DNA of 63,684 nt, the filler included, from Salisapilia sapeloensis CBS 127946 (lineage: Eukaryota > Protista > Oomycota), in assembly GCA_023334545.1 (NCBI GenBank). It is 13 parts of 13 records of this genome, joined end to end, with 100 filler letters (N's around TTAATTAATTAA, not from the genome) between each part and the next. Parts side by side here need not be neighbours in the genome. Positions count along the whole stretch, not along the records: positions 1 to 14,725 come from JAADVB010000381.1; 12 more parts are not named here. The stretch is one strand, 5' to 3'. Numbering within the stretch: position 1 is the first letter of the stretch; the number at the start of each line of letters is the position of its first letter. The translations under genes and the position numbers were made by a program. Shown one piece after another: positions 1 to 12,408 of this stretch. The notes under the pieces are model-generated. The model was not told where the DNA came from, did not search any database, and worked only from the letters and a program-made list of their open reading frames with translations.

Positions 1-1992
1 AACGGCATTCTTCATTCCGGCTTGTCGAGAAAGAGGGCTCGACTCCAACTCTAAAGATGGAGACAAAGGTGTTTTCGACGCTATCTTCAACCTATTACTT
101 CTCCATGCACCCGAGCACAGTTACCGATGAAGATCTGCTAAAATTAAAAGGAGCGACTGAGAACATAGACGACACCACTAAGCGAGCAAAGCAGGCAGGT
201 ATTATCTTGTACGGAGTCGCGTATGTCGCGTGGATATCAGTGTCTATCGTAACCGCCGGAACGGTGCCCCCGCCATTATTTTGACTATTTGGGTTCTTCT
301 AGATAACATTAGTCTTTTTTTACTGATCTTGAACTTGTTGTTCACTCGGCTTTGGTTTTTGGTTTACCCCGAACGCAGAGAGAAACACCAAATGAAAACT
401 TTACCCTTTCTCTCTGTGCTTGTGCCAATGTATTGCTGCGGTATATCAACGACTTTGATAGTACTCCTATCCGCAAAGTAGAGCTAATATGAGGTCTTGG
501 AAGCAATTGATCATGACTAACTAATTTTCAAGGCAATATCATCAATCACTGAATAAACATGGTAAATATTATAGCCTAATAATGGTTCAAGCCCTGGCTG
601 AATCCAATGCTCGTGGTATACCCAGCTTTTACTTAAAATGATATCTCCCTTACCAGGAGAATAGTGAATGCTGAGTTTGTCATTTATTTGCTGATGTGCA
701 GCGTCTAGATGCCATCCGAGATGCTTCCATGAGAGCCTCTATTATCCAAACTCGTACAGAGAGCCCGTGTTCGCGCTGACTACCAATTCGGCATAATTGA
801 AAATTCGCATTTTGTGATTCTAGTCATGATAATCAAATCAACAGAGTCTGTGTTTGCTTAGAGAAACCGATTTCGTTTTCCCACTTGCTATTGGAAACCT
901 AACACTTAATGTAACTTTCCCGCCAAACTAGCAGTACAAAACCGAATGGTCTCTATTACCAAAGATGATGCCACTTTAAATTCTTGGTCTGTCTCTGTCA
1001 CTATCTTCGTCTTTGATACAATCAGGAGGAAACGATCTTCGAGAAGACTTCAAGTCACGCCTGGTGCTCGAAATATACAAATTTGAAAAAGCGCGCGAAA
1101 TAGTCGCTTCACTTGGTGAGCTCTTCGCTATTATTTCGGAACAAGCGTAGTAGAGTGGCGAATGAAATAATTGAGCGATGTTTGTGGTTCTCATTGTACT
1201 TTGTCCCGCTGAAATGGCGAAGAGCAATCTTTTTGTGACTAAGAAATATATTTGTTAATCCTTTGGAATCCCGTAGGAATCACCCGCAAAGCGGAAATGT
1301 TGGTCTGGGTGGGTAATGGCATAATCGTGAACGCCGACCCAAAGAGGCGGCCGGCGGAGGGTCCAGATGATGTAAATGGCGAAAAGCTAACTAGCACAAG
1401 AAAAGCGAATGCAACTTCAATCTGAAGGGTTTCAGAGGATACACTCGACACCATTCCCCGCCGAGACATGACAGAAGAACAGACAATATATATGGATAGG
1501 AATGGAAAATCAAATAGTGACGTAAGAGTTTTGGGTTGCAGACGAGTCCAGCGATGGCAGCTTCGTCCCACTCATCGATGGTCAGTTTATCGAGATTTGC
1601 AAGCGGGCAACTACACAGTGTGCTGGACGGCTGATAGTGAGGATTTGCTGGACAATGGTGGAATTTAGGTCCTGCCTCAAAAATTCACCCAGAGAAAGAG
1701 CATAGTTACTAGTGTAGTCTCTTTACGGGAGTGTGATGTTCTCGTGGTGTCCATGACGGAAGAAGACAGCTTGGAGAAAACCCCTCCCGCATTCATGAGA
1801 CTTCACTTTCAAAAGACTTTTTAAAAACGCATAGCTGAGCGACATGAGATCCACGCTTAGTGAAAAGAGAGCAGTAGCAGTAAGTCGATGGAATAAGTTT
1901 ATCTCATCATATGTGCCTTCATGTGTTTGTTCCAAGTGTCCATACAACAAGGCTTGAATCCAATTTAAAAAGCCATATCTTCTACTATTTGT

Positions 1993-2673
1993 CTAAGCTA
2001 GCAGAGCATCGAGATGATCGGTGACATCAGAGACGGACGGTCGAGCCGATGCGTCCTGCGTCAGCATCCATCTAGAGCCCACGCATAAGTCACAGCAACA
2101 AAAGCATTTTCTATCTCTCCTACCGAATGAGCTGGATGAAAGATTCTGTGTAAATCGTACGAGAAGGAAACTTGATCGGACCGATGACAGATAAGAGGTG
2201 TACTCGGTGGCTCTCACGTCACCAGACTCGAGGATCGTACACTCGAACGGAGAGTAGCCAAATGTCAAAGCGTAGACAAAGTACTCAAGTGACCAGGTTA
2301 GAGGCGACAGGCATGAGTACATCGACCATTGCAAGTTGTACCAGGAGCACGCACCGTTCGTCCGGGGCGTGACCTTGCCTCTGTTCGGCACGTCATACAG
2401 CTCTATCGAGACAAGCTCCATTCAGACAAAGTTACACCCATACCAAGCATAAAAAGATATCTGGTGCTGGATATGGTATGGAACTATGTTGTACTCCTTG
2501 CTCCTGCAAGAGAAGTCTGCTCTACCGGTTTGCGGCCGTCCATGACGGAGCCAGAGTTCGTCAACATTGGCCCATAGTCTTCTGACAAAAGTATTATCTC
2601 TGACTGCGAACAAATATCTTCGCATGGGTAGTTACCAAAGAAGAGTAGCACCAGTAATTATGTCTCGATATGC
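1993..2673 (-). pseudogene. Decayed NAK/STK16-like Ser/Thr protein kinase
   Basis: Kinase subdomains occur in order across shifted frames: AYRDI (HRD loop, from 2673), EIILLSEDYGPMLTNSGS (DFG degenerate), QHSSIPYPAPD, ELYDVP..RT, WSLEYFVYALTFGYSPFECT, RWMLTQDASARPSV. Stops, frameshifts and damaged splice sites are present. It may extend upstream to about 3077. Confidence 0.6.
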
Positions 2674-5220
2674 CGAAGAAGATGATGTGCGTGTTGCTTG
2701 AGCACCTTGGTGCTGATCGAGCACTCTCTAGTCGCGCAAATGGCAGTCTAAAGGATTGTAATCGCATGCACTCTACTTAAATAAGTCATTTATATCAAAG
2801 AGAGACGACATTGCTGGCTAACTGCGTTCTCTATTGCTGTCTAAAACATCAAGTGCTTCACCACGTATTCGTTGGCCAATTGGATGAGATGGTCGGACTC
2901 TTCGTGACTTTGGCATATAAACAATGTTAATGGCAAATCCAACGTTCGAGTCGTTTTTGTTTCAATGCGAACGCTTCGCTGAGCGTCATCCGAGCTGTGT
3001 CTTGACCGATAGATCGACACCATCCAGCTCGGTTTTTTATCATCGAGATATGCGGTAAAACGAAGTCTAACTACCACATGAGGAAGCCTAAAACGCCAAG
3101 GGGAACCGATTACCGGTATCTAACAGCTCGACAATAAAGACACGTCCAGCGAACTAGATGATGATGAGTAGCATAGCGACTTGCAAGACATACATGCAGT
3201 GAAATAACGCTATCAGTCAGATACGGTGAAAGAAGTTTTGCCCAAGATGAGATCACCAAAATAAAGACGATAGACATAGCAACCAGGACACCCTGGATGA
3301 TGAGACTAAAATTGTGAAAGGTATCTCGTACGAGGTCAAAGGAGCTTTTGCTGATCGACGGAGCGACATGATCCATTTCAAATGCGCTTTCACGGAGCTT
3401 GATATCATCTGTTCTAGTTGTCCTGGCCTTGATAACTGTCGATACCGAGTTTCTCACCGACGCCTTGGATACAGCGGAGAAAATCGAGTGTCTCTCCAGG
3501 GTTTCCATACATGGCGACCGCGAGTCGAATCAAGACACTCGAATAGGAATAAACTTGTTTATCTTGGACGCGCGCTTTGTGATAATGACGATTAGATCGC
3601 GCATTGATGTGGAAGAATAAGGACCGCGACTTCACGCCACGTTTTCAGATTTTTCTCTCGTTCATCTGCAACAAATCTAGAAATAGCCTTCGCTTTGGTA
3701 ACCGTCCCGTCCGACTTTCCTCTAGTCTTGAATACTTATCCAGATAAAAATGACATGTCGCTACGAACTTTAGATCGGTATCTTGTAACGCCCCTTGCTC
3801 TCAATCCTTGTCCACCCGAGCGAGAAAAAATCCATTAGAACTCGACATAGTAACTTGGAGAAAGATGGCTGAATAGATCAATAAAGCAGAAAAATAACGT
3901 GCCGTACGGAGCCTCCAGCTGCTGGTCCTTCGCGCGGACTACGCTGTCTGAGTAGCGACCAATCAACGTCGGAACATATCCATACACGATCGTCCGTCGT
4001 TCAAATTCAGTTTACAATCTTCCTCCTGACGAGCTAAAGGTACCATGCCAGCAACCAGTAGCAATAGCTCGATCAAAATGAAGGGCTGGTTCACACCGAG
4101 AAGAAGCAATAGACGCTACTTTTACTACATGAAGGTCAGAAGAAGTAAAATGACCCTGCGTTTGCTCACAGATGCGCCTACGACATGGTATAGCTACATC
4201 CATCTATGGCTCTATTCTTGTCTTACCATGTACATTTCCACAGGGAATTTGCCATGGACGCTACCAACGTCCCCCAAGGCTCTCATCCTGGTGTCACTCT
4301 ATCTAGAGATGAGCTCGTAGGCGTTCTCAAGGTACATCTCTTCAGAATCCATGCCGACTACTCTTTGCTGACGCTGTTGTCTATAGGACCATCTAGTACG
4401 ACACGAACTACATCCTTTTCTCCAAGTCTTTGAAGTGGACGATTTCACGTTAGCGCTCAAGATGAAGTGGACCATGTCGATGGGTCTGTCTTCTACCTAT
4501 CTTTTGTCATGTCGTCTTGCAGAGTGAAATCGAAAGACTCGCGTCTGATACGAAAATTAAAAGCTCTCGACGAAGCTTGTCAAATGGATACGGAGCTCGA
4601 ATCGACTGGGACCGAGGAAGATCCCACGCACGGAGACCTTATTGGCAGCGAGAGAGAGCCTCCGATGCGACAGTCGAAGCGCGTCAAGGTACTTCATTGG
4701 GTGAAGACCACTGCATATACAATATCGACTGTAGCAACCCTGGTCAGCATGGCAGCAGCACAAGAGTCTTGAATGACTTGGCGTGGATGGTGATAGACAC
4801 CGGTACTCTATAACCATCTACCTTGCATATACTAGCTTCTTAGTACATTTCGTCAAGCATTAGGGATGAACTAGTAGTTAAATAAATTTATTTTCTGTTT
4901 TCACGATTGTCATGTGTCCGAGTATTGCTGTAATCTATCAATTATCGTCGGTACTCGTCCTCTTTCTCTTCCAGTTGAAACGGAACTACTACGCAACGTT
5001 TGTTCTTTCGAAACTTTGGTATAAGACAGTAAACTAGTCTATTACAAACCGCCACGATGTCCTTACTAGTGACTCCAGATCCAAAAGAGACTTTCAAGCT
5101 CCCTCGTCAGACATTGCATACAGATAGCTCATCTTGAAAAATAAAATTCTTTTCTTTTCTTTTGTGTTCTTTCCTACAATTCTTTTCTTAGTGCGCGAGT
5201 GGATTCGAGCGTCGAGGACG

Positions 5221-5841
5221 ATGGCGCTTAGTCGGAGTAACTTTCGAGCGCAGTACTACAAGACGCTGGGCGTACCGGTCGTACCTCACATCGTAGACGT
5301 GGAGGCAGCTTATGCTTCCGTCTTTGGCGAGCGTACGATCAATACTTCTCAGCTCGTCAAAGTAGCGTTAGAAGTGGGCGTTCCGTCAGCCTATCGAGCA
5401 TGGACGTGGCAAGTACTAACTGGCGTCCTCCCTCCTTGCTCCGAAGTCTGGCAGTTTGTCATGGATGAAAAGCAGCAAATGTACATGGACGTCGTGGACT
5501 CCATTCGCGTCCTGACGTCTGATTCTGAGTCGGACGACGACGTCGAGTCTCTCCTCCATCTCCACCAGACGTACTGGGAACGTATCCTCTCGAAACCCTC
5601 TCTGTCCATCATGCACGACCAGGACTACTACCGCTGCATCGGTCGTGTCGTGCGTCACCTCTTCCAGCACCCATCAGACCGCTTCTGGGTCTTCACGAAA
5701 GTGAGTCAGCTCCTCTCGGATACTCCGACCCCGTCCTTCATCTGCACCTCTTCCTCCTCTCCGTCCGACAGCCTCGTTCTCCAAGTCGAGACGCACCTCC
5801 TGCGTGTCTTGGAGGGCAGTCGCTGGGTCGATCGTAGCTAG
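5221..5841 (+). CDS. TBC1D7: TBC1D7-like protein (TBC domain, TSC complex subunit family), 206 aa
   Basis: ATG at 5221. NFRAQYYKTLG...PSAYRAWTWQVLTGVLPP...QQMYMDVVDSIRVL resembles the TBC1D7 N-terminus (NFRSVYYEKVG...PSMYRALVWKVLLGILPP). The ORF-track start at 5134 is a non-ATG codon. Confidence 0.75.
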   Translation: MALSRSNFRAQYYKTLGVPVVPHIVDVEAAYASVFGERTINTSQLVKVALEVGVPSAYRAWTWQVLTGVLPPCSEVWQFVMDEKQQMYMDVVDSIRVLTSDSESDDDVESLLHLHQTYWERILSKPSLSIMHDQDYYRCIGRVVRHLFQHPSDRFWVFTKVSQLLSDTPTPSFICTSSSSPSDSLVLQVETHLLRVLEGSRWVDRS

Positions 5842-5959
5842 TCAACTTCAATAATCAGCACCTCTTCAAGATCTCTAGTATACAAAAGCCAAGTGATTGG
5901 AAAGATATTCTCTCGTGATCGGAATGCCATTCGAGAATTAGCTTCCTAGTACACAAGCC

Positions 5960-8491
5960 ATGGCCGCTGCCCCTTCCACTGCCCCTGCGACCGTCAACCT
6001 CGCAGGCGATGAACTCGGCGACAGCTCTCTCCTAGACCAGCTCCATGACCTCCATCGACGACTCGCAGCCGTCCGACAGGACTCGCAGAGGTATAACGCA
6101 GCCACCAACAAGATTGGGCCCATCCCGATGGCCAACGAGAGCAACAAGATCATTGTCGTGAGCGTCCGACGCTGCGTTCGGATGACCAAGTCTCCGGAAG
6201 ATGATGCGTGGCAGTACGTCCCGTCCGAGACGGGCTTCCGGAGCGCCGTGGACCACTTGCGAGACGGGAATAAGCTGCAGTGGATTGCCTGGCCGCAAGC
6301 GGTGATCGACGAGAGCAGTCAAGACGGCGTACGTCGGAAGCTCGAGGCGGACTTTAACTGCCGCCCGGTCTTCCTCGGCCCGGAGCTCTTGGACCAGTTC
6401 CACAACCAGTTTTGCAACGAGATCCTCTGGCCGCTCTTCCATTCGCTTCCGCAGCGATCAGACAGTCGCCTACTAGAAAACTTTAACGACAAGTACGATG
6501 CGTACTGTGCGGCCAACCAAAAGTATTTGGATGCCGTGTCGGAGATTTATAAGGAAGGAGACCTGGTGCTCGTGTGTGACTATCAGCTCATGCACCTCCC
6601 AGCTCTTCTGCGTCGTCGCTTCCCTGACATCACGTGCGGCTTTTACTTCCAATGTCCCTTCCCGTCCTCCGAGTTCTTCCAGATGATCCCGGCGCGAGAA
6701 GCCTTGCTCCAGGGTGTCTTGGGCGCCGATCTCGTCACCTTTAACCACTTTGACTACGTCCAGCACTTTCTAAACGCCTGCACACGCACGCTTGGGCTCG
6801 AGCCTTCTCCCAGTCGCGTCGAATACAATGGACGACTGGTGTCGCTCGGGATCTGTCCCATGGGCATCGACCCAGACAAGTACAAGATCACGCCAGCCGT
6901 CCAGACGCATGTGGATGCGCTCAAGAAACAGCAGCAGGGCATGCGCATCATCGTCGGCGTGCTCAAGCTCGACGTGTGTAAGGGCATCCCGGACATGCTC
7001 GAGGCCATGGAGTACCTATTGCAGCACTACCCCGAGTATCAGGGCAAGGTGGTGCTGTACGCAGTGGTGCGCGACGTCGGCCGCACGACATCGCTGCAGT
7101 ACAAGATGCTGAACCGCCAGGTGAATGAGCTCGTGGGCCGCGTCAACGGACGCTTCGGCACGGCCGACTATTGCCCGATCTACTTTATCAAGAACTCGAT
7201 CGAGCAGGAGCAGCTCGTGAGTCTGTACAAGTGCGCGGACGTGGCACTCGTGACGAGCATCAAGGAAGGCATCAACCTCCAAGCGATGGAGTTCATCGCG
7301 GCGCAGAAGGACTCTTGCCAAGGCGTCTTGGTCTATAGCGAGTTTGCCGGCTGTGCGTCGTCCTTCCAAGGCGCTTTGCTCGTGAATCCGATGCACATTG
7401 AGCAAGTGGCGGCGAGCATCGACTCGGCGCTCAAGATGAACAACACGACGAAGCGCATTCGGCATCACCAGCTATCGAGATACGTGAATACATATACGAG
7501 TAAGCTATGGGCGCAGCGCATCATGTCTGCTCTAAACGATGCTGCTGCGACGTCGAAAGAGTACAATCGCCTCGAGAAGCTCGACCCGGCGCAACTGCTC
7601 GGGTACTTTGAACGTAGCGAGCGGCGGTTGTTCCTGCTGGACTATGACGGCACGCTGGTCAAGTACCAGAGCATGCCGGAGCTAGCTGCACCGCCGGAGC
7701 AGGTCGTGTCGTGCGTAGAGGAGCTGGCAGCAGACCCGCGGAATGCCGTGTACGTCATCAGCGGTCGAGGCAAGGCGCGTCTGCAGGAGTGGTTTGGCCA
7801 CTTGCCGCATGTGGGACTAGCGGCAGAGCATGGGTATTGGTTCCGTCCGGCCGTGAAGCACTCGGCGGAGGAGAGTCCGGAGCCGACGGATGCGACGTAT
7901 GCGAGTGACGAGGACGAGACGACGCAGCAGGTGCGTGAAGCCGTGCGGAGTGGTGCGGATGGCGAGAAGCTCGGGTGGCAGTGCATGTTTAGTGAGTTGG
8001 ATCTGGACTGGCGGGAGGAAGTCGAGAGCATTTTGGAGCACTTTACGGAGCGCACGCCCGGCAGTCTGTTGGAGACGAACAACTGCTGCTACACGTGGCA
8101 CTTCCGGGACGCCGACCCGATCTTTGGGCTCAAGCAAGCCAAGGACCTGCAAGTGCACTTTGATCAGATGCTACGAGACCGACCGGTGGGCGTGGTCTTT
8201 TGCCGCTCGAAAAAGTATATCGTCGTCCGGCCGTGGCGTGTAGGCAAGGGACGTGTGGTGAGTCGGATCCTCGAGCACGAGAGCGAGAGTCCGTACTTTA
8301 CGTCGCTGGACTTTGACTTTATCCTGGCGGTGGGTGACGAGCGGACGGATGAAGACATCTTTAACGTCGTCCAGGGCTCGAATTGCTACACGTGCACAGT
8401 CGGACAGAAGGTCAGCCGGGCGCAGTACTATGTGGAGGAGCCGGAGGACGTCGTGCGAGTCTTGACGGCATGCAGTAGTATGGCCGAGTAG
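5960..8491 (+). CDS. TPS: Bifunctional trehalose-6-phosphate synthase/phosphatase (GT20 + HAD), 843 aa
   Basis: GT20 motifs: FCNEILWPLFH, DYQLMHLP, PFPSSE, KGI, EGINL..E, GALLVNP. C-terminal TPP motifs: LLDYDGTL, ISGR, GKG, GDERTDEDIF. Confidence 0.93.
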   Translation: MAAAPSTAPATVNLAGDELGDSSLLDQLHDLHRRLAAVRQDSQRYNAATNKIGPIPMANESNKIIVVSVRRCVRMTKSPEDDAWQYVPSETGFRSAVDHLRDGNKLQWIAWPQAVIDESSQDGVRRKLEADFNCRPVFLGPELLDQFHNQFCNEILWPLFHSLPQRSDSRLLENFNDKYDAYCAANQKYLDAVSEIYKEGDLVLVCDYQLMHLPALLRRRFPDITCGFYFQCPFPSSEFFQMIPAREALLQGVLGADLVTFNHFDYVQHFLNACTRTLGLEPSPSRVEYNGRLVSLGICPMGIDPDKYKITPAVQTHVDALKKQQQGMRIIVGVLKLDVCKGIPDMLEAMEYLLQHYPEYQGKVVLYAVVRDVGRTTSLQYKMLNRQVNELVGRVNGRFGTADYCPIYFIKNSIEQEQLVSLYKCADVALVTSIKEGINLQAMEFIAAQKDSCQGVLVYSEFAGCASSFQGALLVNPMHIEQVAASIDSALKMNNTTKRIRHHQLSRYVNTYTSKLWAQRIMSALNDAAATSKEYNRLEKLDPAQLLGYFERSERRLFLLDYDGTLVKYQSMPELAAPPEQVVSCVEELAADPRNAVYVISGRGKARLQEWFGHLPHVGLAAEHGYWFRPAVKHSAEESPEPTDATYASDEDETTQQVREAVRSGADGEKLGWQCMFSELDLDWREEVESILEHFTERTPGSLLETNNCCYTWHFRDADPIFGLKQAKDLQVHFDQMLRDRPVGVVFCRSKKYIVVRPWRVGKGRVVSRILEHESESPYFTSLDFDFILAVGDERTDEDIFNVVQGSNCYTCTVGQKVSRAQYYVEEPEDVVRVLTACSSMAE

Positions 8492-8535
8492 AGAGGAGAG
8501 AGTAAAGAATAAAGAGGAAAGAGTTCTTTTATCAC

Positions 8536-11500
8536 TTAGTCTTCGCTGTCACTAGCGTTGCGCAGGCGTTTACGTTTACGGGGTCGACGAGACTTGTTGC
8601 GAGGTGTCGGCAGACTGTCGTCTTGTTCCAAGGCATCTTCCATGTCGTCTAGTCCGTCTTTGACGCGATCGAGGTAGGCTTCGAGTCGATCTAAACTGCT
8701 CTTCATGTCGGCTGGAAGCTCCTTGTTCCCACCAGAGTGTCTCGTCCGACCGACGATCTTCTCAAACGAGCTCAAGACCGTCTTGTCGTCTAGTGCAGAG
8801 CGATACTTTTTCCGATGCTCGAGCAAGTACTCGATCGTCTTGTCTGTGTGTGCCGTGTGGGACAGACAGAGCGCTAGGTCTCGCTGCTCGTCCTTGGTCC
8901 CAGCCTTGTGCATGCGCTCGAGGAGCTTTTCGACAATCGCCGAGACGTTCTTGCCCGTCGAGACGAACTGCATGAGGAATTTCATGATCTTGGCAAAGTC
9001 CTTCTTGCTCACGGCAGCGTTCGTCGACAGTTGACTGACGACGTCGGGGATCATGCTAAAGACTCGATGGCCGGGTTTATTCGCTAGTTCATAGAAAAAG
9101 CTCTGGGCCATACTACGCACACTCTCGTGTTCATCGACGAGAGATAGACAGATGTCCCCGAGACGTCCCTTCATCTTGACCATGTCGTTGAGCGCCAAGT
9201 GGCTTAGTACGACGATCGTATTCTTCCGGACACGAAGGTCGTGGTCATGTAAGCGCGCGTACAGCTGCGGCTGATGCGGTTCGATTAGGTTTGGGAAACG
9301 GAAGGCGAGGTCTCCGACGCCGACGACGATGTTGGCTCGAACAAGAGGCTGGCTCGCTGTCTCGAGCGTCGAGAACAAGGTGTCTAGATGCTCCTTGCAA
9401 AAGTCTTCCGAGACAGCCATGTACTTGCCTAGTGTCTGTACGGCACACTCGAGTAGCAGGTCTTGTCGTAGAGGATCCTGTTGCTCGCCTTCACTCGCGT
9501 CAGGCGAGTGGAGGTGGATGAGATGGAGGACTAGAGGAGCGAATCGACCGAGGACGTTATCTGTCACGACGTGATCTTTAATCAGTCGTCGGACGTACTC
9601 GTCTTCATCTGCCTCGATGGTCTGTCCCATCGCGAGCTCTTCATCCTGATCGTCGTCTTCATCTAGCATCATGCTCTTCGGCCGTTTCTGCTGCAGCCCT
9701 CGTAGCTTCTTAATACTCGCATCCTTGTCTTCAATGTAGACAAGTAGGCGCAGTGCAAAGTGTCCTAGTAGAAAGACAAAGTGTGCTAATTCATACACAT
9801 CTACTTTGGATGTACCAAAGAGTCTTTTCGATAAACTCTCGAGGATATCAGCCACTGCATCTTGTGGTTTCTTTTCAAGTACAAAGAGAGCATCTGTCGC
9901 TGCTTTGACATTCTCAAACCACATCGGTCCAGCATCTAGCTGTTCATCTTGCAAGACTTGTAGCTTGAGAAATTGATCTAATTGTCTCTTGATGCCTTCA
10001 ATCGCATCGAGGTTCCACGTCTGGAGCTCCTCGAGCTCATTCGGAGACGTAGGCACTTGCTGCATCAGACTACACGCTGCCGTCATGACCAGTCGCTTGC
10101 CTCTATTCCGACACACGACGTCGCTAAAGCCGTGCTCCTGGACATCCACCAGTCGTTCCCCCGTCAGCAGCAGCTTCTTGTCTCGCTTGCACAACATCCC
10201 GAGCAGCGCAAAGGCTGCTGCAGCCATGACCTCTCCTTCCTCCTCCGTCGCGTCCCACAAGGCGGCGATGACGGACGTCGGGAGCTCTTGCTTGGCATGC
10301 AGATCTCCTAGAATCTTCCCGAGACATCGAATCTCTGCCTTGGAGCAGTCTTTCGATAGCATGAGGATACTCCTCGCCATATCCTTCGGCAGCTTCTGAT
10401 GAGCTCCTTGAGAATGGAGAAAGAGCCGAACGAACGTCTCTGTCAGTCGATCAAGGATCTGCGGATCGTCTCGATAGACAAGCGGAAGCATGCTCTGGAT
10501 ACCCACCTGTGCGTCTTTGACATGGAGCTTGTAGCCGACCTCGAAGAACTGCATCGCTCCAAGAACATCCGAGGTCGATGCACTGCCTAGTAACTTTTTC
10601 ACGAGTGGTTTCGCCTGGTCATCGACGCACTGGAGGAACGTCACGGCTTCTCCACACAACGTACAGAATGCTGACGCTAGCTGCAGTTCCTGTTGTTTCT
10701 TCATTCGATGCTCCAGAGCTTGGGCATCCCCATCCTCTGCCTCTGGAAGCTCCGACAGCTGAAGCTCTAGCTTACTGACGTTGTCCTGAACCTTGGTATG
10801 TATGCTCACGTAAGCTTCCAAGTCTAAGTCTGTCTGTCGCATGCCTTCCATGAACGGATTGTTGCGAAGGAAGATCGTCAGAAGGTTGAGGCTCTGTCGA
10901 CGAACAGCTACAGATCGGTCTTGGAGACGGTCGACAGCTAGTTCGACGAGCGACTGGACAGAGGAGAAAGGGACGTGGGCTTCTTGCACGAGACTCGTGA
11001 GCTCTTTGAGCGTATGGCTACGAACGTAGGACGTTCCATCCATCGCCTGGTCCTTGAGTGCCTGGATGACATCGTCTCGCTCGTCTTTGCTCAAGTCCTG
11101 ATGACTCGGCTCGGACTCTTGGACGCCCAAGTTCCGGTCGGACTGGACACGACTGGCGTGGCGGAGCATGTGCGCCATGGCCGTGACGCCGGCGTTCCGA
11201 CACGTGTACGAGTCGCTGTCACACAGCTCTAGGACAAAGGACTGGTTCTCGATCATCAGGACAGGTGAACGAGACGAGAGCTCCGTGACGAAGGCTGCGC
11301 AGTTCTTCTCCCACGCGCCGTGCTTGGGTCCGTCACCCATGGTCACGTGTGCGACTTCCTCCAAGATGTCACTGGCAAAAGGTCGGACGCCATAGTCATG
11401 GACGACGACTTGCGTGAGCTCCGCGATGGCTTTGACGACGTGCTCATGGGTTCGAAGGAGGTCGACGAGAGAGGAGACGGGCGAGTGTCGTACGAGTGGC

Positions 11501-12269
11501 GTTTGCTTGAGGCACTTGCCAAGTAAATGATAGAGCTTCTGTTTTAACGAATTGCTTTTAGCGAAAAGTGGGAGGGATAAGAGAACGATGGCTGGGCGAG
11601 TGTATAACGCAAGGAATTCTTCTTCTGGGAAGTTGGTCTCCCACAGACGAAAGACACTTTGGACGAGACTGGACGCAAGGCGATCCACGGCACTTTCGAC
11701 CAGAGGTACCCAGTTCGAATTGGCTTTCGAAGACTTTTTAGCTGTCTGTAGATCGTGTTAGATACGAGAGGAAGATGAGAGAGAGAGAGACGAGTACCTT
11801 GTGGTCGTCGATGGATTTGCTCAAGCCGTCGAGAGCCATGACGAGGAGGTAAACGGTCGCTTTAAACGCACTACGATACTGCATCCCGTACTCGTTCTCG
11901 TAGTCGACGCCCTGGTCACGCACGCTCTTGGTGACGGTCGTGACAAAGGCCGAGAGCATGCGCACGATGCGCACTCGGACGTGGTCGGATAACGACCCAA
12001 GCTTTCTAGATTGGAAGTGACTGAGTCTGCGATACAATTGCAATGCAGCTAGCAACCTACTTGACAAAGCTGTAGGCTAGATCGAACGTCGTTTCGTTTA
12101 ATACGTCCAAGGCGGTGGCACTGTCTAAGACGGTGGTCTCCAGGTCCTTGAGACTCTGCACCGCCTCTTTCGCATCCAAAGTCTCGACGTCGACGACATT
12201 ACCGACGTACATCCTATCATCTCGAGGCTCTTCTAGTTCCTCTAGAGCAGTCGGCACGATAAACTCCAT
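8536..12269 (-). CDS. NCAPD2: Condensin I subunit CAP-D2/Cnd1, 3 exons, about 1208 aa
   Basis: Cnd1 domain VRANIVVGVGDLAFRFPNLIEP...VRKNTIVVLSHLALNDMVKMKG. Exons 12269-12061, 12005-11798 and 11745-8536 join in frame through GT-AG introns of 55 and 52 nt. Confidence 0.93.
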
Positions 12270-12408
12270 GGCGGCAAGCTGCCGGATCCGTGGCAGTATG
12301 TGCAGAACACGAAATAAGGATTTCGGAGATAAAATTCGGATTTCGGTACAAAGTTCGGATGAGGTAGATTTAGTGAAAACTTAATCTGAGACGGACGCAC
12401 TACGAAGG

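Noticed and set aside
1-1950. Short ORFs and nearly open frames
   Set aside because: No family was recognised and no consistent exon chain could be built.
3100-4820. Coding-like fragments on both strands
   Set aside because: Multiple stops and no assignable motif; possibly pseudogene debris.
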